The position numbers and the translations under genes are program-made. A DNA stretch of 64,000 nucleotides from Takakia lepidozioides. Lineage: Eukaryota; Plantae; Bryophyta. Positions 1 through 12,552 of this stretch are shown in pieces. The notes beneath the pieces were generated by a model. The model was not told the DNA's origin, searched no databases, and saw only the letters and a list, made by a program, of their open reading frames with translations. Location: positions 61,504,001-61,568,000 of the forward strand of contig CM060733.1 of the NCBI GenBank assembly GCA_030704615.1. Reading direction: 5' to 3'. Position 1 is the first letter of the stretch, and every line of letters begins with the position of its first letter.

Positions 1-1007
1 AAAAGGAATATCTGACAATGATTGCTGGCTTCCAGACTCTTCTGGAGGAGTGGATTGCCAGCAGGGGAGCAGACGACGGAAGCACGGCACCATTGGTGGT
101 ATGTGTTTGACTTTCCAGCAGCAAACACTGGAGGGCATGATACTAGTCTGTATATGGAGATTTGGGGGAAGCAGACTCTTAATTCTTGTCTCAAATCAAA
201 TTCAGGGATGTCTGCTTGACCATGAAAATTCTTGCTGAAGTTTACATAGAGGCCATCAAGAACTGAGTGCAGGGCTAGAAAGAATCATTTTTTGACAGTA
301 GCCTGTGTTTTTCAAGTACGTCATTTATTTGCTTGGGTGCTAGGGGTAGTACAGATGGGTGGCGCAGGTATTTGCCTATCTGAGAGGGTTGTTCATTTCT
401 GGTTTGTTTTCTCCTGTAACTCTGGCTGGTGCAGGAGAAAGAGGCTCTCATCAGTAAGTTAGAGACGATTCAAGACTACCTTACATCCTTTGAGTCCCAG
501 GTGTGTATGTGTGTCTCTCTCTCTCAGTGATGTAGCAAATTCTCATTCATCAAGGTGACAGAAAGGAAGAAAATGAGTTGGATTAGTGATTGAAGTCTAA
601 CCAGCTTGCTGCTAAATATTTGAGAACAAGTATAGGAAAACACTATTACTACTGACATTTTGTGCCAATGATCCTTTGGTTTTAGGGGATGACAGTGGTG
701 AATTTGTCTGCCACATCCTTTCCACAGACACTGGATTGGCTGCACAGCTTTCTTCTGGAGGTTTAAAATCTCCCCTTGACTAGTTTTGCCCATGCGCTGT
801 TGGACATTTTGACTTTGTGTGTTTGGCACGCTAACCCATGTCTGTGTGTGTATGGAGGTGAAGCTAAGAGACTTTTTTGAGTGCCGTACATTCTCCTTTA
901 ACAGGCTTTGAAATTCTGTTCAATCCAATCACCCCTCCACATGGTTTTGTTTTGACAGTGCATTGAGCAGGGGAGCTCACCACCAAGTCCGGGGGCTGGC
1001 TCTTGAG

Positions 1008-1285
1008 CAGTGTTTATTTTTTTGGCGAAAAATTGCCAAATGGCGACCTCAAAACATTAAAATGGAACATTCTGTCGTAAATTCCCATTTTTTTCATGGA
1101 TGAAATCGCCAAACTTTACAAGGAAAAATAAATAGAATGGATGCATTCGCCAAATGTGGATGATATAAATGGATGAAAGTACATAGGAGGATGATTATAT
1201 CCAAATTTTCAATAGATGAACAGAATATATAGCTATTTCTTGTAGCCACTTGTGCTATTTTTCAAATTTAAGAAAAAAATCACTG
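1008..1285. mobile_element. hAT-type MITE (family 1, copy A)
   Basis: Termini CAGTGTTT...AAATCACTG; perfect 8-bp TSD CTCTTGAG at 1000-1007 and 1286-1293; body nearly identical to 5145-5408. Confidence 0.9.
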
Positions 1286-3414
1286 CTCTTGAGTGGACAC
1301 TGGAAGCCCATGTACAAACCTCGTGTTGGCCAAGGGGTGGTTGATCATCTGCTTCAACTATCAAATTTATTCCTTCATCACATATCTCGCACAAGAAGCA
1401 TTGCAGTTGTTTCCTTGGTTCAAAGTTGGATGCAGGCGATTGCTCGCCCTTACCTGCTGACTCTACCAAGTCACAGGTTGTATTTGCATGAAGCTCCCAC
1501 TCATTTGGGAAGTCTCTGCCCCTGGGGAAATGAGTCATGAATGAACAAGCCAGCTTTTGCCAATTGAAGTTTGATCAATACTCAGCCATGTAATTGCTTG
1601 GGAATTACATGTGAGAGGTCTCTGACTGTGGAAGAAAACTGTAAAGGAACAGCATGCAAATCAGGCGAGGCTCGGAGGTGGATGTTATAATGAGGAATAT
1701 GATTGGAGAAAAGTAGAAGGTTTGGTTGTAGTTGAGTCTGCAGACTTTTGATCTGTCCAGCTGGACAGTGCCTGGCAACTTGGTAACTTTGGCAAGGGGC
1801 GGGTGGGTGGGGGAAGGATGCGCAGATGAGAGGGAATGGGTGGACAGTGGCCCACCTTCTGACAAAACTTAAGAGCATTGAGTCGCTTTTTATGTAACTC
1901 CTTCGAAGTGTCGCCAGTACAAAAGATGGGCGCCTAAACTTTCCCTTGCTCATCTCAATCCGACCAATTTGCCAATATGTGGACTATCGCATGATGTGAG
2001 GAACTTTTTGGATCCAACTTTTTGCCTCTGTCAACGCTTCTAGAAGCCTCCACACACCACCCAATTACCCCAACCCTGTGCTGCCATTTTCCCGCCTAAG
2101 CCCTTGGCCATAAACAAGTATGAAAAAGGGGAGCCCCCTGAATGCAATTATAGAAACCAGGAAAAAATAATCTGCGAAGGCTGACAACAGGGGCGGTGAC
2201 GGCCAGTGTTGCGCAGTGGGTCATGTGTATGGGAGAGGGGGAGACTTTCGAGACAAACCTACACTCATGCACGTTTGAGGTGTCTTTAATGGGGCTAGTT
2301 AGGGAGAAACTGGACAGAGAAGGTGTGTAGGCTAGTGTGTACATAAGCGTCTACCATGTTGACACACAGACTCTCAAAAGTTTTGCCATATACTTAATGC
2401 CACCTTCGTTTCCCACTTGGAAAAGTCATGTTATTATGTTGTCTTGGATAGTGGGCATATAACTTAATGTTTATCAGCTGACCAGTCAACCAAGGACAGT
2501 CCCTTCACCCAAAAATGGCATTTATTTCAGTCGTCTTTTCAGACAAAACGAGGGCAGCGCTGTACATACATGCATTATACACACTGCACAGAGTTCGTGG
2601 GTAGGGAAGGCACGAAGGTGCTAAGAGGATCCGCTTTTACTCACTTGCCTTTGAAGTTTGTCACCTTTGTCACCTTAACGAAAACGGCTGCAAGGATGCC
2701 GGTCACGCTCGTGTGTATGAGCATCCCCGCTACATGAAAGGGGGAAGTAGTAATGTCGCAACAGACGTGGCACCCAACTCTCCTTCGCTTTCCAATTTGG
2801 CCACGCCGGAGTGTGTACTTGAAGCAGGAGACTAGCCTATTGCACCAGCCGATGTATGTAATGTGGATCATTATTTTCTCCTCGATTTCCTGAAGGTCAG
2901 CCTTAAATCCGTCCTGCATGCTTTCACAAATGGGATGATATTGCACGGCAAAGGGCCGTGCGCCCCATGGCACTACAAGATCTCAGTTGCGAGATTAGGA
3001 TATGTGTATTGAGGTTATGCCTCTCCTTCTCCAGCAGGAGTTCTACCTTCCATCCCATGTCCCTACCGCAAAATCATTCAGTCTGAAGAGAGAACAGAAG
3101 AGATGAAGGGTCTAGTAAAGGGTGCCTCAACACCTGCCCCTCAACCATATATTATGTTTGAATGAAAGTGCACTTGACGACTCGACTCCTCCAGGGCAAG
3201 GAGGGGAGCACCCACAATTTCATCATGCCCAACCTCCCTACATTTACTGAAATCTTTTGTTTAAAAGGCCTAATTTGGCAACAAACTGGCGATCTGCAAT
3301 TCTAGAGCCAGAACCCTAGGACATAGATCGAGAGTGTCCGACTGCTCTCTGAAGAGCCACCCGGTGGTCCCCTGTTGTGTACAATCTAGGCCAAGGATGG
3401 GCCGCAGACTGGCT

Positions 3415-4434
3415 CTAGAAGATCATCCGGCCGCTGGAGGGGAATTTGCAGCGGGACCAAACACTCTGCTTTGCAAGTGCAAGAAGAAGACACACAGCGT
3501 AACAGACTGCATGGCAGACGATGATAAAAATGTACCAAGCTGGTGCCCAAGGCGTGTCCACATTCATGAAGGGGTATGGCCATGTATGGGAGATGCCAGT
3601 GGTATGGACAGTCCACTGGAAAAAGGTGTAACCAGCGCTCCAGAATATCATGTAGCTGATGCGGTACCACGGAAATCGAAGACTGTTGACACAGAATTCG
3701 ATTCCCAGCAGAATTGCGTTCACTGCATGCATGTTGATATCTACGAAGGAGTGATGAAAGGTTGGAGGTAGCACGTAGGGAACAAGAATGGTCCAATACA
3801 CTAAATCTGTGAGCAGCACTGCCGGAGCAACGGCTTGAAACACTCCTTGTGTGACATAGCCTGCAACCCCCGCAGCCTCTCCTTTTTCATTCCTACTCTG
3901 AACGAAAGGCACGTGCACCCTCCCATTCTCAGCACCTTTCTTGCCATTTCCCGACCCACTCGTACCATCCATATCGGCATTATCGTCCTCCAACAGCCCA
4001 TGCTCATCTGTCAACATTGAAGATGACCGTAATGGCGGAGACTGATGCCAGTGTTCATCGACAAAATGCACAACACTCATCCGCAATGCAAGCCCAAAAT
4101 ACACAGTCAAAAGGGTGAATGTCCACTGGGTGTAGTAGAAGAATACATCAACCCCGTCCGTGACGACATTGTATAGCATGATCGACAGAAGGTACACAAA
4201 CACCAGCCCTCGAAACCCTAGAAGCCAACCTGGATGCACATACCCTCCGCACGCCTTCCACAACTCCTCACTGCTCAAATAACCGATCGGAAGAATCCCC
4301 ACAAGACATGCGTCCTGCAGCTCATCCGGCCGCGGCCCCGACACTTTCCCCCCCTCGTATCTCCACAGCAAAAACACCCCGCCACAGTAAAGAATCCAAC
4401 CAGAAATATACAAATCAGAAACGGCCAGGGCCAC
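3415..4434 (-). CDS. Intronless multi-pass membrane protein, plant 'rolling stone'/FAR-17a-AIG1-like uncharacterised family
   Basis: 339-aa open ORF with about 7 hydrophobic segments and the motifs FFYYTQWTFTL, AVLLTDLVYW, MHAVNAILL and WPYPFM that I recognise from this conserved plant family. Confidence 0.85.
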   Translation of the reverse strand: MALAVSDLYISGWILYCGGVFLLWRYEGGKVSGPRPDELQDACLVGILPIGYLSSEELWKACGGYVHPGWLLGFRGLVFVYLLSIMLYNVVTDGVDVFFYYTQWTFTLLTVYFGLALRMSVVHFVDEHWHQSPPLRSSSMLTDEHGLLEDDNADMDGTSGSGNGKKGAENGRVHVPFVQSRNEKGEAAGVAGYVTQGVFQAVAPAVLLTDLVYWTILVPYVLPPTFHHSFVDINMHAVNAILLGIEFCVNSLRFPWYRISYMIFWSAGYTFFQWTVHTTGISHTWPYPFMNVDTPWAPAWYIFIIVCHAVCYAVCLLLALAKQSVWSRCKFPSSGRMIF

Positions 4435-4644
4435 GAGAAATCCATCCCCCTCTTCTCTTCCCCTCTTTCAGGCGGGGAGAGAGAGCGAGGCAGCGACAAG
4501 GTCAAGCAGCAGCACCACGCCCTCACCTGCGCCTGCACTGCTGCACACCCACTCCCACCCGCCCCTCTTTATTCTCCCGTCCTTTTCCGTACCCCCCAAT
4601 ACATACGTACACCTACCTCACTCTACCTCTACTCGTATACATCG

Positions 4645-4870
4645 TTTTTTTGTTTTTATTAACGGAAACCTGGGAGCGACAGCCCACAATTCAGGCCCTT
4701 GAGGAGGGGGGAAAATTAACCCCCTTTCATTTATGAGCCATGAGGCCTACAGGACTATCAACGCCCAAACATAACGTCACGAACAATCCCACACACGGGG
4801 CAGGGCAGCGGGTTTGAACCCCAAACCACCAAGGCGACACACCGTGCACTTACCAGCTGAGCTACCAGCC
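4645..4870 (-). mobile_element. tRNA-derived SINE (copy A)
   Basis: Minus strand begins GGCTGGTAGCTCAGCTGG (A box) ... GGTTCAAACCC (B box), then a unique body and an A-rich tail; homologous to 7570-7825. Confidence 0.8.
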
Positions 4871-5128
4871 GAATTTTCGTCAGATTTCGACCTCGAAAAA
4901 TAAAACGGAATCTTCTGTCGCAAATCCCCTGTTTTCTCATGGATGAAATCGCCAAATTTCTCCGAATTAAAAACAAATTATGGATGAGTTCGCCAATTAT
5001 GGATGATATAAATGGATTATGGTACAGATGTGGATGATTTTAAGTGGATGAACAGAATGTACCGCTATTTTCTGCAAAACTCTGTGGCCACTCGTGCTGT
5101 TTTCCAAATTTCTTAAAGAAAAACACTG
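4871..5128. mobile_element. Diverged hAT MITE (family 1, copy B), apparently interrupted by the SINE
   Basis: Similar to 1008-1285 (ATGGATGAAATCGCCAAA..., TAGCCAC-like block) and ends AAAACACTG; left end and TSD not resolved. Confidence 0.7.
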
Positions 5129-5144
5129 CGAGTCGTATACCTAC

Positions 5145-5408
5145 CAGTGTTTTGTTTTTGGCGAAAAATCGACCTCAAAACATTAAAATAGATATTCTGT
5201 CGTAAATTCCCTGTTTTTTCATGGATGAAATCGCCAAACTTCTACAAGGAAAAAAAAAGATGGATGAATTCACCAAATGTGGATGATATAAATGGATGAA
5301 AGTACATATGAGGATGATTCTATCCAAATTTTCAATGGATGAACAGAATATATAGCTATTTCTTGTAGCCACTCGTGCTATTTTTCAAATTGAAGAAAAA
5401 AATCACTG
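5145..5408. mobile_element. hAT-type MITE (family 1, copy C)
   Basis: CAGTGTTT...AAATCACTG termini; perfect 8-bp TSD ATACCTAC at 5137-5144 and 5409-5416. Confidence 0.9.
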
Positions 5409-7569
5409 ATACCTACAGCCAATTGCCGCTGTGCTCCCTGGCAAGTGTGAACCCACGCATTTGTGACTACAATACCTACCGACCAACTGACCGTACGTAT
5501 GTATCCCGTATCCCCTGGCTAGTCGTCGTTGCGGGGCTGCGGCTGCCGCGGTGCTTCCCTGCGCTGCAACTCGGCCATCGCTGCTCTGCATGTCAGCCTT
5601 TTGCCTCTTTGCCTGTGTCCCCAAGTCAATGGCAGCCACGCAGGACTTGGGCTTATTATACCAGACTCACCAGAGCATGGTGATCGTGATAGATGCCGCA
5701 ATAGGGCGAGTACAAATATGGAAGGGAGGATGAGGGTGAGGAATGTCAGGCTTGTCAATCTGATCTTTTGAGGCCTGTCAGTCTCTTGGCTGCTCTCGAA
5801 ATATTTCACGTCCAGGAAAATGCTCTACTTGACTGAAGCTCAGGTACAAGAAGTCGTTCTCCTACATGATATTTATGGGAGGGGATTCAATTGGGGATTC
5901 CTCGATCAAGTGGGCACTAGATGACGGCCAATAAGTGGCAGAGTTGCGCAATAATGAACTGGCTGCGGTCACCTCGTCACCTCTGGCCCCATTTATGAAA
6001 CCATCCATGCAACTACCAAGGTATAAGTGAGAGGGCGTGTGGTTCACGTGGGAGAGTTGCTAGTTGCTACCAACCAGGGAAATAATTTCAGTTGAACCAG
6101 CCAATGGCCCCTCATTCTGAGAACCAACCGGCTAAGTGGGTTTGGTAGTCGGTTGCTTCCCCTTAATGGTAACAGCAATAGTCAATTTCCTATGTGAACA
6201 TACTCTGTAAATTTCCGAAGGTTTCAATTTTCACTCGGAAATCCTTGGAATCAGTCGGCTAGCATGTAACTAGCTGCCGGTTCTCCCCGTTGGTTGCTAC
6301 CAACTACGAGAGAGTCGATTGTGTCGAGTTACAAGACGCGTGAAAAAAAAATGAGGAAAAGGAAAAAAGTGCCATGGTGAGGGAGAATTGTCACTCTTTT
6401 CAGGATAGGAGGACGTTAAACAAACTTTACTCTTTTTCAGGTCAGCAGATGCACACGTGAGCCAAAGAGGACAAGCAGCAGTGAAGAGGAGTAGGTGTGT
6501 CGGGGAGGGCGTGGGGCACGTCTTGGCTACCTCACTTGCCCGGCAAGCTTCGTCTTATCCTTCTTCCTTATTCTGCTTTGTTGTGTCGTACGTAGTTGTG
6601 GCACGAAGGTTCCTCACGCATCGAGCTGTCCATATAAGCACTCTTGACGTGCGCAACTGTATTGTCTAAGCACGCGTTCCCGTGCGTTCGATTTTTCCTT
6701 GTATGTAGGGGCGGTCTGGCAGTTCCCGCAATTTAACATTCTACATGGAGATGATTGATACAAGTCTGGTGCATACGGTAGATGTTGACTTTGTTCGAGA
6801 AGGGAAGAGAGGACTACTTCATTAACATATGAGGTTGGGTAGCGCAGGCTCTCGCCTGAGCATAACTTAAGAGGATATATTGAGTATTCCAGTAATGTTC
6901 TTAGAAGATATTTAGGCAAAATTAAAATGTGCTCCTGCCATATGAAAGTTTTTGAAATGTTTGCTTATGTGTGAGCACAAGCCATGCCAACCACTCGTAA
7001 GAGGGTATATGCCCTTACCACTGGGCTACATATAAACATGTGTAGTCCAAGTTCACCGGGGCTTCGCGTTGCTCCGCACTACCAGAATTCTGAGAACAAC
7101 ATCCAGATAGATAGGCTATATTCAAGTTTTGCGAACATCATATTCAAATCAACGAAGAAAATGTGGTCAAAGGACCTTACACTGTGTCAAGCCTCCAATT
7201 GTTGTGGTGTGCTGAATCATGCTCCTTAGTTTTCCCTTCCTCTTATGTTTTGCCAAAGCAAGAGAGCCCATTGCAATTTGAGGATTGTTTCATTTGATAT
7301 TAATTTGACAGGTGTAATGACTCTGGCTCATTTTGATACAACAAGTAGATTCTGTTTATAAATATTGTTTATATGATATATATTTCATCTTTATTTTCCT
7401 TGGTTTAGATTTCAAATCGTTTGGATTCTGATTTAATGTCACGGTTTCATGGTTGTTTTTTTTATTTACTGCATATTTGTTCCGGCGTTCATCATTTATT
7501 GTCTTTTCCCTTAATAATTTTTTGTCTTTATTTAAAGCATATGTTATCTGGATTCTGTCAGTCCGCATT

Positions 7570-7825
7570 TATTTTTATTTTTATTTTTTTTATTTTTATT
7601 TTTTTAAAGGAAACCTGGGAGCGACTGCTCACAATTCAGGCCCTTGAGGAGGGGGAAAAATTAACCCCCTTTCAGATAAGCCATTAGGCACACAGGTGGG
7701 AAACGTCACCACCAGACCAGCAGGTCACGAACAATCCGCACACCAGGCAGGGCAGCGGGTTTGAACCCCGAACCACCAGGGCGACACACTGTGCACTTAC
7801 CAGCTGAGCTACCAGCTGATGTGCA
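7570..7825 (-). mobile_element. tRNA-derived SINE (copy B)
   Basis: A box (TAGCTCAGCTGG) and B box (GGTTCAAACCC) on the minus strand; long A-rich tail; flanking repeat TCCGCATT at 7562-7569 and 7826-7833. Confidence 0.85.
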
Positions 7826-8429
7826 TCCGCATTAATATTTTGTTAACAACCATTCAAAGATAGCTCCCAAGCATGTGCACCAACTGGTTGCTGCCACTTC
7901 TGCCCAGTCATAACAAACCTTCCCCCTCTCATCCTTCCAATCCACAGATCCTATCTAATTCTACCCAGCTCACAGAGTTGCAGAAGTGTGGGAAAGCTGT
8001 CAGTGACCTTTATGTAGAGCTTGGACTTCACTTCGTACACCACTCTGATGCCTGCCTCCTCTGTCCTCTTCACCCCCTATTATCACCAAATTCTCCACTC
8101 CACCCTTTGGCACTGCAATGACCAGGTGAAAAATGTGATTGTGGTTCAAGAAAAGTGAACTGGTTTGCCTTGCTAATGAAAACCGTAGGTGATGCTCTCA
8201 GAAAACAAGAACGGGATCATCATATCCCATCCAAACAAAATCACTGCTTAGGATTCATAGTAACCCTAACTCATGACTGCCCACTTCTGAATCGTTTTCT
8301 TCAACGGGTCAGTCTCGTGCAATGCAGCAGCTGCCTTCATGTAAGACCTTCCATCAAAAATCCACTCCATGATGACTGCTACCTCCATCTGACCTGGGTG
8401 GTGCTTCAGCTTGTGAGTTAATGGATCAG

Positions 8430-8700
8430 CAAACTCTCCATTTGCTCACACGTCTCCAAAGCCTCCATCCCGCGCCCCTGCTGTGCGTACCCTGCCCCTT
8501 CATGTTGCATTTGCTCGTACGTCTCAAAAACATCCCTGCTGCACCCATGCAGAGCACATCCTGCAATCACTGAACTCCAAGGGACAATATTTCATTTTGC
8601 CATATTGTTGAAACTTGACATGCATAGTTCATGCTCCCACATTCGGCATACATGTCAGCAAGGACAGACTCCAGTAAGCGCTAATCCAGTTTTAACAAGG
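8430..8700 (-). pseudogene. Degraded PLS-class PPR gene remnant
   Basis: The reverse complement yields fragments such as VLADMYAECG, WSSVIAGCALHG and AGYAQQGRGMEALET, with no long ORF. Confidence 0.6.
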
Positions 8701-9574
8701 TCGCGTGGATCTCTAACTACCCCCCCCAGCTCTGGTTGGGGTGTCAACCTACAATGGTTTTGAAAGTACCATTTCATGTCATTTCATTTCTTTAACTCTT
8801 ACCCTTTCTAGATTCCGAAGCTTCTGGATGTGAATGTTTTTTATCAGTAATATGATCAACATTTTCGTCCATGCAGTGTGTTCTGGGAGGTTTCCCCCTT
8901 TCATTGCAAGAGAGAGGGAAGAAGAAACTCGTTGCCTCCAGAGGGAGAGAAGACTGAATTTATAACTTCCAAAGAAATGAAATGGTACTTTATAATGTCC
9001 ACGGAAAGCTCAAAGAGCTTATGGGACGAGGAAGCAAGAAACAAGAAAGAGAGAGGGGCCACAAGCAGCCCAAAAGATACTATTGCAGAAGGGATTGCTC
9101 TGTCCAAACTGGGCGTAGGGTCTATGGCCACAAGGCTATGGCAAACGTCTTATGAGTACATTCTATAATTTGGACCTCACACTATCGCCTTATATTTAAA
9201 ATTTGCTTGAACCTCTTCTTCTGGCAGACAGATTTTCCCTTTATCTTTGTAGTACCGATCCGAGCAAGAGATTAGGATACCCGCAATGATTGAAGGTGAA
9301 AATGTTCTTGGTGAAAGCATTTATTTTCATCGAGCTGCATTGCATTCATCTCCTTCAAACCAGCATCCAGCTTGCTCACCAGCACCTCCAACTGCAATCC
9401 CAACAATGGCCACCTCATCACCACCTGCTGTCCATAGATAAAGTGCAAGCTCTTTGGGAATCTGGCCACCAGCGGTCTGTACGGGGTCCAAAAGCCACAC
9501 CACGAGAAACAAACAAACATGTCTAAATTTAAGATGCTGAACAAATTTGTGCACAGGGCTGCCCCTCTCATCAA

Positions 9575-10205
9575 GCCAATGACCATGCCAAAGACAACTG
9601 CCACATCTTCCCACTTGCTTCGGTTGGTATCGATCTGATAGAGTTTCTGCACTACGAATTCTCCTGAGATGGGGGGACCAATGGACGCCATTCAGGATGA
9701 AGTTCTTGAAGGTCAGACCCAGAAAATCATTTTGATACATACCCTGTCAATCAACAACCACAATCATCAGTCCCTGAGTACTGACTAACCAATCAAGCTG
9801 CATATTTTCAGTACAACAGGACCCAGTGTGATGGTTGTGCACCTTTCGGACACTCAAAGCCGACAGTCAGACAGTTGTTCTCAAGCCAAAAGGAAATTCT
9901 CCTCAAGTATAATATGTTAACAAGGGCGCATGCTTGAAGTGAACAAACTGTAACCAAATTTCAATTCATGCTGACAAAAACTCTACCTAAGATCCAGATT
10001 TTCCTTGTAAATAAAGATAGCCCTTAATAAGTAAAGACAGGAATAGCTATTGCCCAACAAGTGCACAAGTTGAGCTTGGAAAGTTGGCCGTACATACCTG
10101 AAGAGCATACATATGGAAGCCTATGTAAGACATACGGTAGCGCCAGATGGCCTTAGGCAGATCTTTGGGAAGTTGAAAAAATCCCGCCACCAGCATATAT
10201 ATACC
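9575..10205 (-). pseudogene. 3' exons of an ABCG half-transporter (ABCG11/WBC-like), frameshifted fragment
   Basis: Exon 10205-10098 GIYMLVAGFFQLPKDLPKAIWRYRMSYIGFHMYALQ with a GT donor; exon 9743-~9575 GMYQNDFLGLTF...GPPISGEFVVQKLYQIDTNRSKWEDVAVVFGM, split across two frames; no ATPase exons seen. Confidence 0.75.
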
Positions 10206-10782
10206 CTGAGCCACAAACAGGGTAACATTATGCAGTGACGAATCTCTCTCAAACACTCCCTCTACTTTATGCTGTCTACAACATGAATAACTGTGCAACC
10301 ACAGTCACATATATCACCATCGCACGATAGAGTTAAAGAAGAGCAGTGCTGGAATCCACCTCATGATGGTTGGCTACCTTTATATCAATGCCAACCCTAG
10401 GCAAACTCAAGTACATGAGTGAATTGTTACTGGCTTTGGTTAAGATTGTTTCCTCACTGCAGCTGTTTGTTGTTCAAAGGTAGGCTTCCTGCCCCGAGTT
10501 TAGATTTCAGTCTAGTGCCGAGGGTGGGTAAACCCTTGAGGTTATCCATGATGGCCTCTCCTATGTCACAGACTGGAAACAAGTTCAGAGAGGGTCAGTG
10601 CTTCAGGCTCAGCCTGATGAGAATACCCCTGGACATTGTAGCAGAAAATGGATATTGTCTTCAGGCCACCCTCACATTAGGCATTGACAATCTCCCTTTC
10701 CTCTCGGCATTTTTTGAGAAAGCGAGGTACCACATAACAGGTAGTTACAAAGAAGAACCCCTCTAACCTTCATCATTTTTCT

Positions 10783-11715
10783 CACCTTTGCAGTATCATC
10801 CTACCTGCCAGCTGCAGCATAGATGTTTGATAGCAACACATAGGTCGCAGCATCCTGTTCATCCCACTTGAGGATAGATGTTGCTGCACGTTTAGCCATC
10901 TCCACATTGCCATGGATTCTGCAGGCACCAAGCAAGGCCTTCCACACCACAGCATCTGGATTGATGGCATTTTATTAATCAGGTCCACCACCTCATGGCC
11001 AGTTGTCCCGCACGTCCAAGAAGGTCCACCATGCAGCCAAAGTGCTTTACTGTCGGAGTGACAGCATGACTCATCTTGACTCAGGGAATCGAAGTAGCGT
11101 CTTCCTTCATTCAGTAGGCCAGTGTGGCTGCATGCAGAGAGAACACATATAAAGGTGACACTGTCCGGCTTCAGGCCGTTCCTTTGCATTCCTTCAAATA
11201 GTTGCAGGACCCCCTATGACAACCATGCTGGGCATATCCTGCAATCATCGCATTCCACGACACCACATTTCGTTCAGCCATATAGTCAAATATTCCCTTT
11301 GCATCCTCGATGCACCCACATTTCGCATATGTCCACCAGGGCAGCGTCCAGAAGGACAATCGGTACAAATTCCAGCTTTGAGGATGCAACCATGGACCTC
11401 TATGCCCTTTTTCAGGGCTGCCCTCCCTGCACACGCATTGCAAACTTAAAAGAAAGTGACCTGGTCTGGCTTCACCCCTTCCCCCATCATTTGCTCATAG
11501 GTCTCCAAAGCCTCCATTTGGCGTCCATGCTGGGCATATCCTGTGATCATCGCATTCCATGACACCACATTTCGTTCTGCCATATTGTCAAACAGCCCCT
11601 TTGCATCCTCGAGGCTCCCACATTTGGCATACATGTTCACGAGGGTATTGTTCAGAATCACATCTAGTACAAATGTGATATCCCACTTCAGGGTACCAGC
11701 AAGATAAAATGCCAA
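10783..11715 (-). pseudogene. PLS-E class pentatricopeptide repeat (RNA-editing factor) pseudogene
   Basis: [26 protein letters not shown](T/A)GYAQHG (twice), [18 protein letters not shown] and E-domain-like [14 protein letters not shown] / [12 protein letters not shown], spread over several frames. Confidence 0.85.
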
Positions 11716-12552
11716 ACATGGAGACTGCCAAGCATACAGTGACTGTTTGACCTAGAGGCACAAACTTGGCACAAGCACATACCCAAGCTCTGCCACCAAA
11801 CCATCTATCTGCCAATCTGCCATAAACCTCTTCCTTCGTAGAACAGAAGGAAGAGGACACCAGACGTACATCATTGCAGAACATTATGGTAGCCTGGCAA
11901 TAATCTGTTGTGTGTGCTGCTTGTGTCTGTAGTCAGATAATGTCGGATCGATCTATGAATCTGGGCCCACACTCGATCCCTGCTCCTTCGGCTATCCATG
12001 CCTTTGCTTGCAAGGTGAACGATGGCGGAAAACGCAGAGCTCCTGCAGTTCAAGAAGATCAAGATCCGGGCATTGCGGGCAGTTCCAAAAAACGTTGGCG
12101 CGGGGATTTCTATTGGTCTATTTCTCGCGGGCCGTCTGGGCAGATTTCAAAGAAATTGACGACGACGATGACATGTCTATGATGACGTGGCACTATGGCA
12201 CCCTATACCTGCTCTACGCTAAACTAGCTTCCGACCTTCGGTCATCCCTAAAATTTTGTTTCGCCAACGAAACTGTTGGATAATGGCCTATTGCAACAAT
12301 TGTGTGATATTTTGTTAGCAAAATCAATCAACGTGACGTCAGCAAGTAGTTTTCCTTAATACAATGCTGGAAAATCTAGATTCTTTGATTTTTCTTGCTG
12401 ACGAAACGACGAAACCCGTGGCGTGCTTTACCACATTAAATTGTTGAATTAACTATGTGTTTTAACGGTGTTCAATGGTATTCTCGGTTATTCTTTTGCA
12501 AAATACCAATTTATAAATATATAGAACTTTGAAACTTGTAAATATCCAGTAA

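Noticed and set aside
1-501. Possible plus-strand exons (e.g. EKEALISKLETIQDYLTSFESQ at 436-501)
   Set aside because: Splice sites are plausible, but the pieces are too short and interrupted to assign a gene
4800-4870. tRNA gene (also about 7750-7817)
   Set aside because: A and B boxes are present but are followed by a shared body and A-rich tail, with no convincing cloverleaf; these are SINE heads
6061-6306. Possible MITE with about 16-bp imperfect inverted ends
   Set aside because: The ends are semi-palindromic, no clear TSD and no second copy in the window
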